Shown: piece by piece, positions 10,501 through 24,044 of the stretch
How the letters are laid out: each line of letters starts with the position of its first letter
Position numbering within the stretch: the stretch's first letter is position 1
DNA from: Octopus bimaculoides
Lineage: Eukaryota
Reading direction: 5' to 3'
Assembly (NCBI RefSeq): GCF_001194135.2
Contig: NC_068986.1
Coordinates: forward strand, 30,637,974-30,701,973
DNA: 64,000 nt
Notes under the pieces: generated by a model
Told to the model about the DNA's origin: nothing
Seen by the model: only the letters and a program-made list of their open reading frames with translations
The model's database searches: none
Program-made: the position numbers and the translations under genes

Positions 10501-13500
10501 TAACTTCAAACCCTACAATGCAAAAGTACCCCATTCAGAAGGGATGTTGTAATTTCAGTCATATATCATAGAAACTAAGTGACTGGCCTTATGAATCCTT
10601 TGGCTCCAGTGAAAAAAATGATTGTTGTAATTTAGCTCCATGGTCAAAAATATTCCACCCATAAGCATCTCATCTTATTTTCAAACCTTTTTGTATCGAG
10701 GACTACATTATCCAGTATATCTTTTATTGAAGGTAGTAGGGTGTGAGTTTACCGGCAAGTTCAACAACCACTTCAAGGCCTCTTTTTACTCATATTTGAA
10801 TTATAATGAATTTCTGACATTTTTCTTTGGCTTACATCAAACAGTAATAATATTCTTTTTTGTTTACGGTTGATCTGTTTTGTAGGGGGGGGGGGCTACA
10901 GTTAATGTAATGGATCCCTAGTATCTTGTTCAAATTCATATTATCAAGTCTGAGTGGATGAAAATTCAAAATAGTTTTGAATATATTTGAGCTTGAAAAT
11001 GTCACCATATGAATTATCATGATTGGTAGAGTGGTGATGAACTAAATCTAAAATCCCTTGCCATATTCAGTCAGAACTTTTACATTTAAGAACTCAAATC
11101 CCACTGGTGGGGTAGTTCTCAAACTGACAAATTTCAGTTCCCCTTCTCCTCTTCCTTATTCATCAAGAGACAAAATTTTTTTTTTCATTCATATAATTCT
11201 TCATTCTTTGCTATGGTCTTTAGATAAGTTTGAAACTGTCCTAATTTTATTAAACATGGCAATTTGTCTGCTTCCTTTCAATCTTCACAGCACTCCCTGT
11301 CTGTTGGAATTCTTCCCACCCCTTATGAGCCACTGCACTAAGCTCGACTATGCCTTCCATTCATCCTTTTGGGTTAATAACATAAGTGCCAGTCAAGTAC
11401 TGGAGCTGGTTCAATTGACTATACTTCTCCCTAAAATTTTCTGAGACAGTGTGTCTACTTGACAAATTCTTTGGAAGATGAGCAAGTTGATATAGACATG
11501 CAAAGTAATGTAGATGACTGGATAATAAAAAAAATTTTTTTAGGGAAAACATTGAGAGGGTAGTTATTAGGTGGTACATAAGGTAGAGGCATAAGAAAAA
11601 TAATTTAAAAAGAAAAAACATCTCCCAACCAGATAATTAGATTGAACAGCAGAAAGTTGCATGCCACAAATGCTGCTTTTTGTTTATATATATATATATA
11701 TATATACGCACGCACACACATTAATGAAATGTGCTTCTTTGATATCTAAAAACGTATATACGAACTAGATTGAGTCGAGTAGATGTTGAATTATGAAAGC
11801 ATTTAAAATGTGGAAACCATTCCAACAAAGGGAACCTATTTGTAATCGTTCAACCTGCTAGAAATAGTAGATTGATTTCATTCAACACCTTATTTTCTTT
11901 AAAAAAAAAAACTTATCTTATGTAGTCCTAAGTCAGTAATGGCAACCAATCTGTCAAAATTTTAATTTCTTTAACTCTTTTGTTAGCATTATTTCTTTTG
12001 ACACGCACTACATTTGTTTCAGTTAATTTTGAAAATAATTAAGAATTTAGTAAACTAACTTAGTCATTAAGCTGGTGTTTGGGGCATAAATTAAGTAGAA
12101 AAAATCTGATGGAAGGTTTTTAGACGCTTGGAAACAAAAAGCTTGGGGGGGGGTTCCGAAACTCCACGTATTACCTAAAAAAAAACACAGCATGTCATGT
12201 CATAGGTTTACATCCTAGGCACACTATGGAGTAGGAATGGTCACAGCTGGAATGCCTTTGATCATAGATCTGCTCAGTTAACATATGAAAAATTCATGTT
12301 AAACACATTATAATATATATAAATTAGACAATGATGTTTCAATGTTTCATTAGATAAGTAAATGATTTTTTTTTTTTATGTTAAAATTAGTGTTCCTCTA
12401 GTTGTTGCACTTCATTGGTGTAGATTCTTTGAATTATTCAAAATAATGTATAAATCCAAATTACTGAAAAATAATTGCCTTTATTTACATTAGCAGTGCT
12501 TAAATAGGTCAGTTACCATTTTGTGTGAGTGAGTGAAGGTGAGCCAGAGAGAATTTGCCTGTTTTTGCAATCTGGTTTGTCAGAATTTACTTTAAACTGA
12601 ATATTTCCCTTGGGCGTTCTCTACTTTATGTAATTTAATGTTGTCTTTGTATCATGTAGTTTAAAATTAGGTCTAAAAGACTGAAAAGTTGCACAAGTAA
12701 AATGTTTTAATACTTTATTGTTCAGTACATCATATCTTTTTATTGAAGTTTTTTTAGAGCTGTCTCACAGTTGGAATTGTGATAAGAAGTTTTTGTGTAG
12801 AATTTGGTTGGTACCTGCTGGTAATAAATATTGAGCTTATATTTCAAACACTATCTAGGTCAGTTTAGTCTTTCATCTCTTTCAGAACTATATTGAAATA
12901 TGTCGGAAATTCACTAGAAATTGATTTAAGTTGAAGGTTGGAAAAACTATTTCATGTTCCAGCTTTGCCACATTTGTTGCTATAAAATTAGTCAAATAAA
13001 ATAATTGTTGTTGAAGGTTACTATACATTCTTAAACATTTTCATGCACTATATAAAAAAAATTCTTAAATGTAATGACATAAATATTCTTTCTTTTATTT
13101 CTTATTTTATTTCATTTCCTTGAAAAATATGAATATAAATGAATTTATTCAAATATTTTGGATATAAATAAACTAAGATACAACTCTTTCATTTCTGATA
13201 AACATTATTACCAATGCACTATTCTGTACACCACCAAACGTATTTTATTCATATATATGTGTATATATATATATATATATGATTAATAGTGACAGAAGCT
13301 GTATTAATATCAAAAGGCAATCTTTATGTCCAACTTAACATGGATGTTTTGTTAGAACACTGAATACTGTATTATTTACCTTGAGAGGACCAATTATGGA
13401 CACATGGTTCATAAAAGCACTCATTGGCAGACCAGAATGGTCGCCAGTACTACCAGATCGTGAGTTCAACCTGCCTGCCCGGTCTCCTCAGTGGCAGATG

Positions 13501-13804
13501 TCAGGTAATGACATAACAGCCAAATCTCACTATCAACAAGTGAGGGGCTGAGTGGCTTCTGTTATAACCCCATCTAACCATTGAAAATCTGCCTCGGTGA
13601 ATCCTAGCTGATCTATACAATCATGGAAAAGTGTCTATAAAATGATAATACATATTAACTGATATATTATCTGCCTTTTCTATGCTAACATGGGTTAAAC
13701 AAGACTTCTTGGGGCAGTATTCTACTGGTTGATGCCCTTCCTTATTTCATAACCCTTTATTCTATGCCTTTGCATGCCACTCTGCTGTGAAAACCAAAAT
13801 ACAC

Positions 13805-13990
13805 ACGAAGACATGTGGCCTAATGGTTAGGATATTAGACTTCTAATCACAAGGTAGTAGGTTCAATTACTGAGCTGGATGGGGCATTGTGTCCTTAAGC
13901 AAGATATGTGACTTCATGTAGCACTTGTCTATTCAACTGAAAATGACTACCAGCTAACTGCTGGTGTAGCCCTTTCTCTACCCATCTGTT
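13805..13990 (+). mobile_element. old tRNA-derived SINE with Meta/Deu-like central block
   Basis: Head catgtggcctaatggttagg..ggttcaatt, followed by gcattgtgtccttaagcaag..cacttgtctattcaactg. Confidence 0.5.
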
Positions 13991-16178
13991 ACATCTAATG
14001 TGTTCCACTGGGTCAAGAGTGTAAAAAAAAACAAGATGCTGTCTAGATCCACTCGCATAGGCATCTAAAACAATTAGTGAAAGTGTGATACCAACTCTCA
14101 AGTCATACTTGTTTGTAAGTCATGGCTTAAGCTTTTACATATACATATTTATCTGAACTGCACCTCCATTCTAATATTTTCATTTGGTTTTCTGGAGCCT
14201 TGTATTCTGGTACTAATCTTGTGTGTGTGTGTGTGTGTGTTTCAGAGAGGAAGGAACTGATCCATTACACATGCAGGTTGGTATCAAAGGGATTTACTAT
14301 TGGAGAAACCTAACAAAGGCTGCCTCTGCTGCTATGATACAAAACTACTCACTCTGAAATTTCCATATATTAATTAAAATCTTTCTTAACTTTATGATCT
14401 AAAAATCAGCTTAGTAATGAAAAGTTATTTTCCTAAATCCTTCCAAATCCTTGATTATTTTCAAAATTAATGAGAAACATATTGGAAATCTCATATATGG
14501 TTACAAAGAAGGTTGGTAACCATTTGAAATTGTTTATAGTTTCACATTCATAAAGGACTGTGAGAAATGGTGAAAAAGAAAATTCCAGGGTGGTGTAGTT
14601 CAGAAAAGAGAATGCATATAGCGAATTCAGACAACAGCAGTAATGGGCTGAGATGCAGTCTGAGAATTTGCAGGAATGGTAGAAGTACAAAGTAGTCTGG
14701 ATGTTGTTTAGACCCACGTCAGCTCTAGTCAAGCGGATCAATGTATTCGTTGAGGGAGGTCTTGGTGCTATTTTCTAGCCAGCTGAACAATCATGTAAAG
14801 GCTTGTTCATTAGCTTGTAGTCCATCCAGATGTTTGTTAGTAAACTTTGGTCGTTTGGTTAATGGTATTTCTTTAGGAAGTGAAAGCAGTGAGTCAGTGG
14901 TTGAAACCTTATAACACAATTTAACCCCACTTTTCATCTTTTCAAGTATTTTGAAAGAGTTACAATTGCTTTCTTTTAACCAAAGTTTTTGTCTTTTTAT
15001 ATATTAACAAACCTCTTCCTGTCCTACCTACTATGCTTAAAGAATCAGTTCCTTATCAATTCAAGAATTTTTAGTATCCCCTCTTTAATTTTCTTTTACA
15101 TTCATTGTCTTTGATCTGAAATCATCTTAAACACTTGACAACATTTCCTTCCTTTGGCTAATTTGCTCTTGAAATTTTTCAGGAATCAAATTGAGACACA
15201 GTTCAATGTTTCCAACATTGTTTCTTTTGTTGACGCAGTTCTCTGCCTGTATCTTTCTCTATGAACAAAACTTAGTTCCCATCAACTCATTAAAGTACCA
15301 GTCCTAAGCAGTTAAACAACATACGAACTGGCAGTATTTAGTTACATCTCTGTACATCCTGAGGTCACCTATTTTTCACTCTTCCAGTGTCAGTACAAGT
15401 ACCAGTCTATAAGTGTTGGGATTTGGGCTGATTAAATCTAACATATTCTTAAAGCTGATGCTCCAACATGGTCTTATTCCAGTGAAACTTGTGAATATTG
15501 TTTCTGTCTATTCCTATTGGTTTTATGTCAATCCTTCATTGATGTTAGAGATGTCTAGCAAATATTTTATTTTTAATGCACTCAAGTGCAAAATACTATC
15601 CATGTGAGTGCTACATTTTGTCAACTGCCTTTGCTCATGTAGTACAGGTGATCAAACCAGCATCGCTTTCTTCATACCTGACTATGGCAGTCTTAGATTG
15701 AAAATATCTATCTAATGTGTTTTTGAGAATGGTGATTTACATTTTCAATGTCCAGAGGTTGCATTTAATTTGCATTAACTTATAATCACTTAACCCTTTT
15801 GACACCAACCCACCTAAGTCTGCTTCTGGCTCTGATACAAAACTATCCATTTTGAAGTATTTTTGTAGTAAAAGTCTTTTAAGTTTTTATGTGAAAATAT
15901 TCAGTTTTTTTTTTTTTTTTCAAAACATTAAAATGAATTGTAATAGATAGGAATAAATATTTAAGTCATAAGTGACTAAACTTGTTGGTATTTAATAGGT
16001 TTCAACAACTTTCAATATTTCATAGCAGAGTTACATTGCATAAAAGATGCACAAGCATATATTAGATGCACCCTAATTTCAGTAGCCCATATTCAGGAGG
16101 AAAAAAGTTTTAGTGCATTAAAGCATGTAATATAGGACCAACTTTGAATATATGATCCAAGATGGCTTTTTTTGAGAC

Positions 16179-16199
<21 letters not shown>

Positions 16200-16210
<11 letters not shown>

Positions 16211-16564
16211 GCACTCCATCGCTTACGACGTCGAGGGTTCCAGTTGATCCGATCAATGGAACAGCCTGCTCGTGAAATTAATGTGCAAACTCCACAGACA
16301 TGTGTACCCTTAACGTAGTTCTCGGGGATATTCAGTGTGACAAGGCTGACCCTTTGAATTACAGGCACAACAGAAACAGGAAGTAAGTGTGAGAGAAAGT
16401 TGTGGTGAAAGAGTACAGCAGGGTTTGCCACCATCTCCTGCCGGAGCCTTGTGGAGCTTTAGGTGTTTTCGCTCAATAAACACTCACAACGCCCGGTCTG
16501 GGAATCAAAACCATGATCTTATGACCGTGAGTCCGTTGCCCTAACCACTGGGCCATTGCACCTC

Positions 16565-16567
<3 letters not shown>
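16200..16567 (-). mobile_element. tRNA-derived SINE, family B, near full length
   Basis: The minus strand starts gtggaggtgcaatggcccagtggttaggg (A box), has a B-box-like ggttttgattccc, and ends in a (CAA)n tail. Near-identical to 61191-61570. Embedded in (TA)n on both sides. Confidence 0.92.
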
Positions 16568-16611
<44 letters not shown>

Positions 16612-17394
16612 AACATCTTGTTGCTCAATTTTAATTTCATTTAAAAGACAGTAATTTGTTATTGGCTCTTTAACATCCTTCGAACTTTTATCTAAAAGCA
16701 GCAGAATGTAGTTTCAAACAGATATAAAGATGTGCAATTGCTTTAGATGTTTAATAATAGTTGAATGAATTATTAAAGATAAAATTTTGTCACTCTAATT
16801 AACCTTTTATTTCTGGTAGATGCTTTAAAGATCAATAATGTACTATTGAACTTTACAAGACTGAGGCTTCTACCAGATATAAAAGATTAATGGAAGTTGA
16901 ATGCCAATACCAAGTGACATTAAATAGTCTTAACATATTTTTGTTAGGTTTTATCACAAACATCTCATTTCATTTCTGATCAACTATTATATTCTAAATT
17001 ACTGCCTACAGATGTGTTCAGGAATTATATGAAATCTTTGGACACAACAATTTGCTTGCCTAAAGTTTCACACCTAATTGGGAATTACTGTTGTTTTTAT
17101 TTTCTTTCCTTTTTTTTTTAAATACTATTTATAAATGGCAAGATCAATAGATGTGTTGCAGACAATATACCATTAGATCTCACAGTATTTAGACAAACCA
17201 ACAACAGTGCCACTGTGTGGTCACTAGACAAACTAGAAATAAATCAAATCTCTCTTAGAGGACACATAGAATAATAATAGGCTAAGGTACCTTAATATTT
17301 TATAAAAAGTTGAAAGGTCACCACTGGAACATATGATCATAAGTCTGTTTGATAAGGGCTAACTTACTACTACTACTACTACAACTAATTTAGA

Positions 17395-17570
17395 TGAGCC
17401 AATGCAGGAGCCACTAATGTAGAATTAGCAGCCAAATTTCTTTCAAATCGTACTTAACTATCCCGAGAAAGGAAAGGATGCATTGAATAATGTGATTGTA
17501 CAAATCCCTATAAAGACAACTTCATCATAGATCTGCACAATCAGGCTTACCTAGGGCTAAACAACCATCA
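17395..17570 (+). repeat. interspersed repeat family E copy
   Basis: gccaatgcaggagccac..gcagccaaatt..atagatctgcacaatcaggcttacctagggctaaacaac. Confidence 0.6.
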
Positions 17571-19022
17571 CCATGGTATTCTGCCTGGGAATTATGTTAA
17601 GAGTGCACATGCCTGTAGAATGGTCAGCCACTTACATGTTAATTCAGGAGCAGATAATTCAGTTGATTGAACAAGTGAGTCCTCATCATCAAATAACAAG
17701 GATTGACTTAGGCAAAAAATTTTAATGAATTGAAGTTTACTTGTTTGGAGAAGGAAACTCTCAATTAAAAAGGAGATAATTCCAAGACTTGAATAGGCAA
17801 TGCAATGCTGATGCAGTCCATTAAAATTGAAAAATCTGTCAGGTCTCCTTTTCCTGCAAAGAAAAAAAAATTCAGATTTACCTTTAAGTATATTGATTAT
17901 TTTTGTGAATTTAATTGTTGACTTCTTGAAGTGGTGTCATATTTTCTTTGAGAGTCGCTAGCATTTAGTGCTAAGTCTTTTCTTTTTTTTTTCCCTCATT
18001 TAAAAAAACAAATTTCAGTTACTTGAAAATATTTTGTGTACATACTAACTTAATTTGTCTTTTGTAACAGCGGGTTGATTATGAAATAGTAATAAAATAC
18101 ACATAGTCCAAATTATAAAGAGGTAGGGAAGGGGGAGTCCAATTGTCATAATCCCCACTTGAAAAATCAAATATAAAATGTTAATGATGAATGAATGAGT
18201 TGATAAAAATTAAACGCTTTTTTTTTTCTTTTTCTTTTCTGAGACAACTGAAATGTGAAGGATACTTCAAGCATGTATGATTAAAGTAATCTATATTATT
18301 ATTATTCTATTTGTTGTGGCATTCATGTGTTTGTTAACACTGTAAATAACCTTAACTACAGGATAAAATTGAAGACATAATCAAAATGGAGAAGTGTTAT
18401 GAAAAACCTATAAATTTATTTTTCAAGCTGAAAATACAATTTACAAAGCATGTAATTCCAGTGAGTCGAGTTTGTAATTATAACTGAGAGACACAATGGC
18501 TGGTTTGTTCAGGTACAGGTTTACTGGGTTATAGGTTATAAGATCATATCTTTGTTTCAGTCATTACATTTCAACTATTGGAAGAAACTTCTCAATTTGA
18601 CGAGTCTGATAAATAGGCTCCATGCCTAATTAGCTTAGCTTAGATGATAAAAGGAAAAACAAATAGTATAACAGCATGTCTGTGTAGTGCTTGCTTTACA
18701 CATATTGGGAGAGAAAAATTTACCACAATTCCCTATTTGAAATTGGTTTCTAAGTTAAGATTAAGGTACTACTCATCTCCTTGAAAGTTTGTTAAAATAT
18801 CTAACACATTATCATCAAAAAATTTTATCTTTGTTTCTGGAGCATCGTATAAAAAAACTGAATATAATCACTTATATCTAACCTTAATTTGGGTTATTCA
18901 TCATCTTTAGGTCCCTAAACTTTATCCTATTGTCTCATTTCTTCTAAGCAACCTTAATGTGTACTTTTATATCTTCTGTGATGTCACCTCACAGAGTAAG
19001 CTTTGTGGTGGGGTACAAATTA

Positions 19023-19181
19023 GATGTTTTTGTGTGCAACGATGTTGTTAAACCTCCATTAATAATACTGTATGCAGGTCCTTTCCGTTTTCTTTCATGC
19101 ACAGATAAATTTTTCACTATAGACCTTAATGGTCATAAAGACACTATATCACCGGATAGATTAAAAAAGGCCTTCATAGAG
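19023..19181 (+). mobile_element. Gypsy/Ty3 LTR retrotransposon integrase C-terminal (GPF/Y) remnant
   Basis: DVFVCNDVVKPPLIILYAGPFRFLSCTDKFFTIDLNGHKDTISPDRLKKAF resembles the VFVRxDxVKxPLxPxYxGPFxV...DRLKPA integrase tail. Confidence 0.8.
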
Positions 19182-19814
19182 AAAACTGTCACTGTTCCCA
19201 CTGCAGACGACACACACACAGCATTACAAACACGGCCTGCACACCCACCTTCACATTCCATAACTACCATTGGGATCGATCAGGTACCAAACAAGGATTC
19301 TGGGTTATTTTTCCAGTTTTTTTTACTTAATTTTTGAGAGTGGTTGGGTTCATTTTTAGTATTCTCGTTTGTGAGAGCAGTCGAGTTTATTTCAGATATT
19401 CTCATTTTAAAAATCATCTCCAGCTAATCATTTAGAGGATGGAGGTTTGCGCTCTGTGAGTGCTCTTGTTCTTTATGATTTCATTTTGTTTGTAAAGAAG
19501 TGTTTCTCTATATGTTACTATTAAAACTACAGTTGTTTTAATCCTTTAGATTATTTAGCCTTTTTGATTGTCAACCCAGCTGAGACTATCCCTGGTGTTA
19601 TGATGTTCCAAACATCAGCTTAATAATGAGTTATTTTTTCTAAATTTATCAATAATTTTGAAATTAATTGAAACAAATGCAATGTATATTTTAACAAAAA
19701 TATAGTAAGAAAATGGTTAAGCCCACACAGCTATGGCCATACTTCAACACCACAATTAGTGGTGCTTATCTCTGGTATTAAATTAGAATTGAATAAAATA
19801 CTTTGCCGTTTTTG

Positions 19815-19824
19815 CTCTCTCTCT

Positions 19825-19895
<71 letters not shown>

Positions 19896-19920
19896 CCCCC
19901 CCCTCGCCCTCTCTCTCTCT
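19815..19920. repeat. (CT)n microsatellite, interrupted
   Basis: Direct reading. Confidence 0.97.
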
Positions 19921-20644
19921 CACACACACAAATCAAATAAGTCAGATATGAAGAAGGATGAGCTTCACTAAGTTTATATGCTCAAGACATGCCATGTGTC
20001 TTGGCAGTGCTGCCTGAACTCCATCAGAAGTTGAAGGCACAAGCCATCTCTGTTTTTTAAGTTAAGATTTTTTTTCCTGTGGGTGTGCATATGTATGTTA
20101 TCTAAACTCTTAGCTTTTTTGTATATGAAAGAACAACAGAAATCCATTGATGATAGTTCAAATAATATTTTACTGTTTTTCGTTCTTCAATTTCTAATTT
20201 CCAAAAATCCAGTTCAAATAAAGTAAGGCATTATTTACTTTTAACTATTTTCATTGCTACCAAATATGTCAGAGGTGTGTGGCATACTCTTTATGTGGAT
20301 CATAAGTTCTATAGAAACTTTTACCACCCCCTCATTTAAGCAAGCAAATAAATAAATAGGTTTTTATTATGTATTTTCTCTGCCAGACATTCAACTATGC
20401 CATTTTAGGAGTGGTTATTGCTCATTGAAACTTATAAATTGAACTCATTTCTCAACAATTAATGTGAAATTCTCTCTCTCCTCTCTCTATTCATTCACAA
20501 ACAGTGTATAATAGTGTCTAATAAAGTAATTTAGTATACACATTTGATCATTTTATCCAAATAATCTGCAATGGCTTAGAAATAAATGCTTAAGCAAAAG
20601 AAAAGTAGTTTCATAATACATTAAATAAAGTAGTTAATTGCCAG

Positions 20645-20649
<5 letters not shown>

Positions 20650-20704
<55 letters not shown>
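20650..20704. repeat. (TG)n microsatellite
   Basis: Direct reading. Confidence 0.98.
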
Positions 20705-20707
<3 letters not shown>

Positions 20708-21376
20708 CATTTATATATATTTGTGTGTGTGTCTGTGTTTTCTATTATCACCAATTTATGGACAAATCTATTCAATTTCAGCTTCGCCATATTAAACATT
20801 AAAGAGACAAAAATTGGAGAGCAACCATTTTTGCTCTTATCCATATCTGGTTAAACCAGTGCAGTCATACTTAATGTACTGAGTTTTTTTTTTTCCTTTT
20901 TTTTTTATTATGGCCACCCCTCCTCACTGCTGTTAGGATGGGAAACATTAACTGAATGCTAAACTCTAATCAAAAAGACAACTCCGAAAGTCCAAATTAA
21001 AATCAGAATAAGGTAGAAGAAAACATTTGCCTCATCAAGGGCAGTGATAAATAACTCCAGATATGCTTCAATTTAGTTAGACAGCTATAGCAAACCATAA
21101 CCATTTTGGAACTTGCTGTATTAATGTACAATAATGTACATAAGTTGGCTTGTCCACAGAGTTAATTTCCATGTCATAATGTTATCTGTTTGTTTACTTA
21201 TTTGTATGTCTGTCTTCATATTCATCTGTTTACCTAACTGTCTACCCTGGATCTGTCTGTCTATCCATACACTCATACAGATTTAAAATGTTTCATTTGT
21301 TTACAATAGCCCAGTGTGGGTGTGTATTCATGTAGACAATTCTAGAATATGCAGAATATGTGTGGATTCAACATAC

Positions 21377-21495
21377 ATTTCCTTCAGAATATTCATAAAT
21401 TGAAATATAGCAATTGTGACTCAGTTTTACGCTGGAGCAATCTCCAAACAACTGTTGTCTAGAAACTGCTCCAGCATGTAACTGACTCATAACTG
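21377..21495 (-). CDS. candidate exon of minus-strand gene
   Basis: Acceptor tttttagtaatttgtatag and donor AAT|gtatgt. Single open frame over 119 nt: xVMSQLHAGAVSRQQLFGDCSSVKLSHNCYISIYEYSEGN. Not a repeat I recognise. Confidence 0.5.
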
Positions 21496-22647
21496 CTATA
21501 CAAATTACTAAAAACCTTCTTCCTCTTGTTTTCTTTGTTTCTTTTTTTTTTCTCCCCATGCACCAACACACATATTTGTGGTGCATGCACACATACACAC
21601 TACTAAAGAGATATCAGAATCAATTTATATAGAATAAAAACTGTTTATATGCATTTCTTTGTTTCCTTTAGTTGGAGAATTATTCATTCATATTAATTAT
21701 TTTACTGTTGAATGCCCCTTCCGAATGTTAATTACTTGGCTAAGAGGTGGGAGTCAGCACCTGTTTCCATTCAGGTTTTCCAGAGCCTAGGTTTTATCAT
21801 ATCACCTACTACCTTAACTACTCTACAACTGTATTTCTGTGAACCATGTTGCTGCCTATATAAGGCTATAGTCTCAAACTTTCCTTCAGGACAGAACTGC
21901 AACTGGTAGTAGTGAATAGTCGTGGACTTTACTGCTTAATGGCTCATATCAAGTCACCACTATTGCTCACTTTCCTTGTACAGCTAATGAATTTATTAGG
22001 TTCGTTAGCTGTATACACACACACATATTTGTGTGTTGGTAAACTTATGTATTTTGTGGTATGTTTGAATGTTTTAGCATAAAAACTTCAACAAGGAGTG
22101 TTTAATACAAAATATAACGTTTATCATATTTATTAGATGCTGAAAACATCACAAATTATTACTTTGAAAGTCTTGTTTCTGATAAGAATGGCTATAGCCT
22201 AAAGTTGACCAAAGCCTTGTGAGTAGATTTTGTAGATGGAAACTGAAGGAAGCTCATATGTGCATATATTTCCATTTTTACATTTGAAGACATGAAATAA
22301 AACATTACTAACTTGAATAAGAGGCAAAGGTTAACAGGAGGAAGTTGCATCCAGTTGTAAAATACTGTCTCAGTAATCATCTAACCCATGCTAGCATGAA
22401 AATATAGACATAACAAGTGATATATATGTACATACTAGCTCTCCAGGTTTATTGATATCTAAAATATTATCATCTAAATCCATACTCTGTTGGAATAAGT
22501 TGTAGTAAAACAATGCTGACACTCTTCAATCAGAATTTTTGCATCCACGTAATTCAGGAAAGATGATTATGGTTAAACTTTATGAAAGTGGATAAATAAA
22601 TATAAAATCTAAAGTAAAATTTAAATATTTTAGATTAATTATTTGTC

Positions 22648-23030
22648 ATAGGCACAGATGTGACTGTGTAGTAAAAAGCTTGCTTCCCAACCACATGGTT
22701 CTGGGTTCAGTCCCACTGCATGGCACCTTGGACAAGTGTCTTCTGCTATAACCCTGGACCAACCAAAGCATTGTGAGTGGATTTATTTGATAGAAACTGG
22801 AAGAAGCCCATCGTGTGTGTTCGTCTTTGTCCTCCACCGCCACTTGAAAACTGGTGTTGGTTTGCTTACATCACCCATAGCTTAACAGTTCAGCAAAAAG
22901 AGATCAATAGAATAAGTACCAGATTTAAAAAAAAAAGTACTGGATCAATTTGTTTGACTAAACCCTTCAGGGTAGTGCCCAAGCATGGCCTCAGTTAAAT
23001 AACTGAAACAACTAAAAAAAAATAAAAGAT
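22648..23030 (+). mobile_element. SINE family A, older complete copy
   Basis: Colinear with the 42495 and 51681 copies, with CpG decay. Confidence 0.8.
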
Positions 23031-23231
23031 ATTCTTTTACCAATGTCTTATNNNNNNNNNNNNNNNNNNNNNNNNNNNNNNNNNNNNNNNNNNNNNNNNN
23101 NNNNNNNNNNNNNNNNNNNNNNNNNNNNNNNNNNNNNNNNNNNNNNNNNNNNNNNNNNNNNNNNNNNNNNNNNNNNNNNNNNNNNNNNNNNNNNNNNNNN
23201 NNNNNNNNNNNNNNNNNNNNNNNNNNNNNNN

Positions 23232-23263
<32 letters not shown>

Positions 23264-23627
23264 GGCATACAAACACACACACACACATTTACTTAGACAT
23301 TGGCAATAAGGTAGTGCCCATGACCTTTGCAGACTCTCCCAGAGTGGTGAAACCAGTGTGGCCATTGCTGGCCCAAATATCTGCACATGTACAAGTAGAT
23401 GGTAAGGAGTACTGGAGTCTAGTTTGAAATACTCACTGCAGACTGAATTCTTTAAATAACACTCAAAGTCCAGGTGGTGCATTAGGTCTTTTGTATAACG
23501 TTGAAGATTTCAAGTGGTGTTGCTATGACATAATCTAATTACAAGAGTCACTTCCCCATAAAAATATAGTATGTGCCTAATTGGGAAGGGAAGCAACAAT
23601 CTCACTTTAAAACTGAGTTACTTTCAA

Positions 23628-23840
23628 AGGCAGGAAGCTGGTAGAATTATTGGCATGCTGGACAAAATGCTTCGTGGCATTTCTTCCAACTTTGCTCTGA
23701 ATCCAAATTCCACCAATGTTGACTTTACTTTTCATTTTTTCAAGGTCAATAAAATAAGTACCGTTTAAGCACTGGAATCTGTAGTATACCATCTTCTCCC
23801 ACAAAACTCCAGTCCTTCTGCCTCCAGTAAAAAAGAAAGG
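23628..23840 (+). mobile_element. SINE family C copy
   Basis: Colinear with 6297-6522. Confidence 0.75.
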
Positions 23841-24004
23841 AAATAAAAATTAGCAACTTACCAAAGATGCAAGATGTTCAGTCAGCTTTAAAAATATTAG
23901 AAAATAGACACACCTGTCTATTAGAGACAATGAAAACCTAATAAGGACAGATTTACACATTATATTGTCACATAAAAAGTAGGATTTTAAAAATTATTCT
24001 GTAT

Positions 24005-24044
<40 letters not shown>

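Noticed and set aside
5002-12596. Extra minus-strand exons at 12517-12596 and 5002-5030 (also 26149-26266, 27170-27220, 32603-32670) that could close the chain
   Set aside because: Their phases can be made to fit, but acceptors or donors are weak or several frames are open. Too many degrees of freedom to list them as features.
16480-16567. tRNA-like A/B boxes here and in the other SINE heads as tRNA genes
   Set aside because: They lack a complete acceptor stem or cloverleaf and continue into multi-copy SINE bodies and tails.
23333-23401. Plus-strand splice-bounded segment containing GPNICTCTS (EGF-like look)
   Set aside because: The cysteine spacing of an EGF domain is incomplete, and no partner exons were found.
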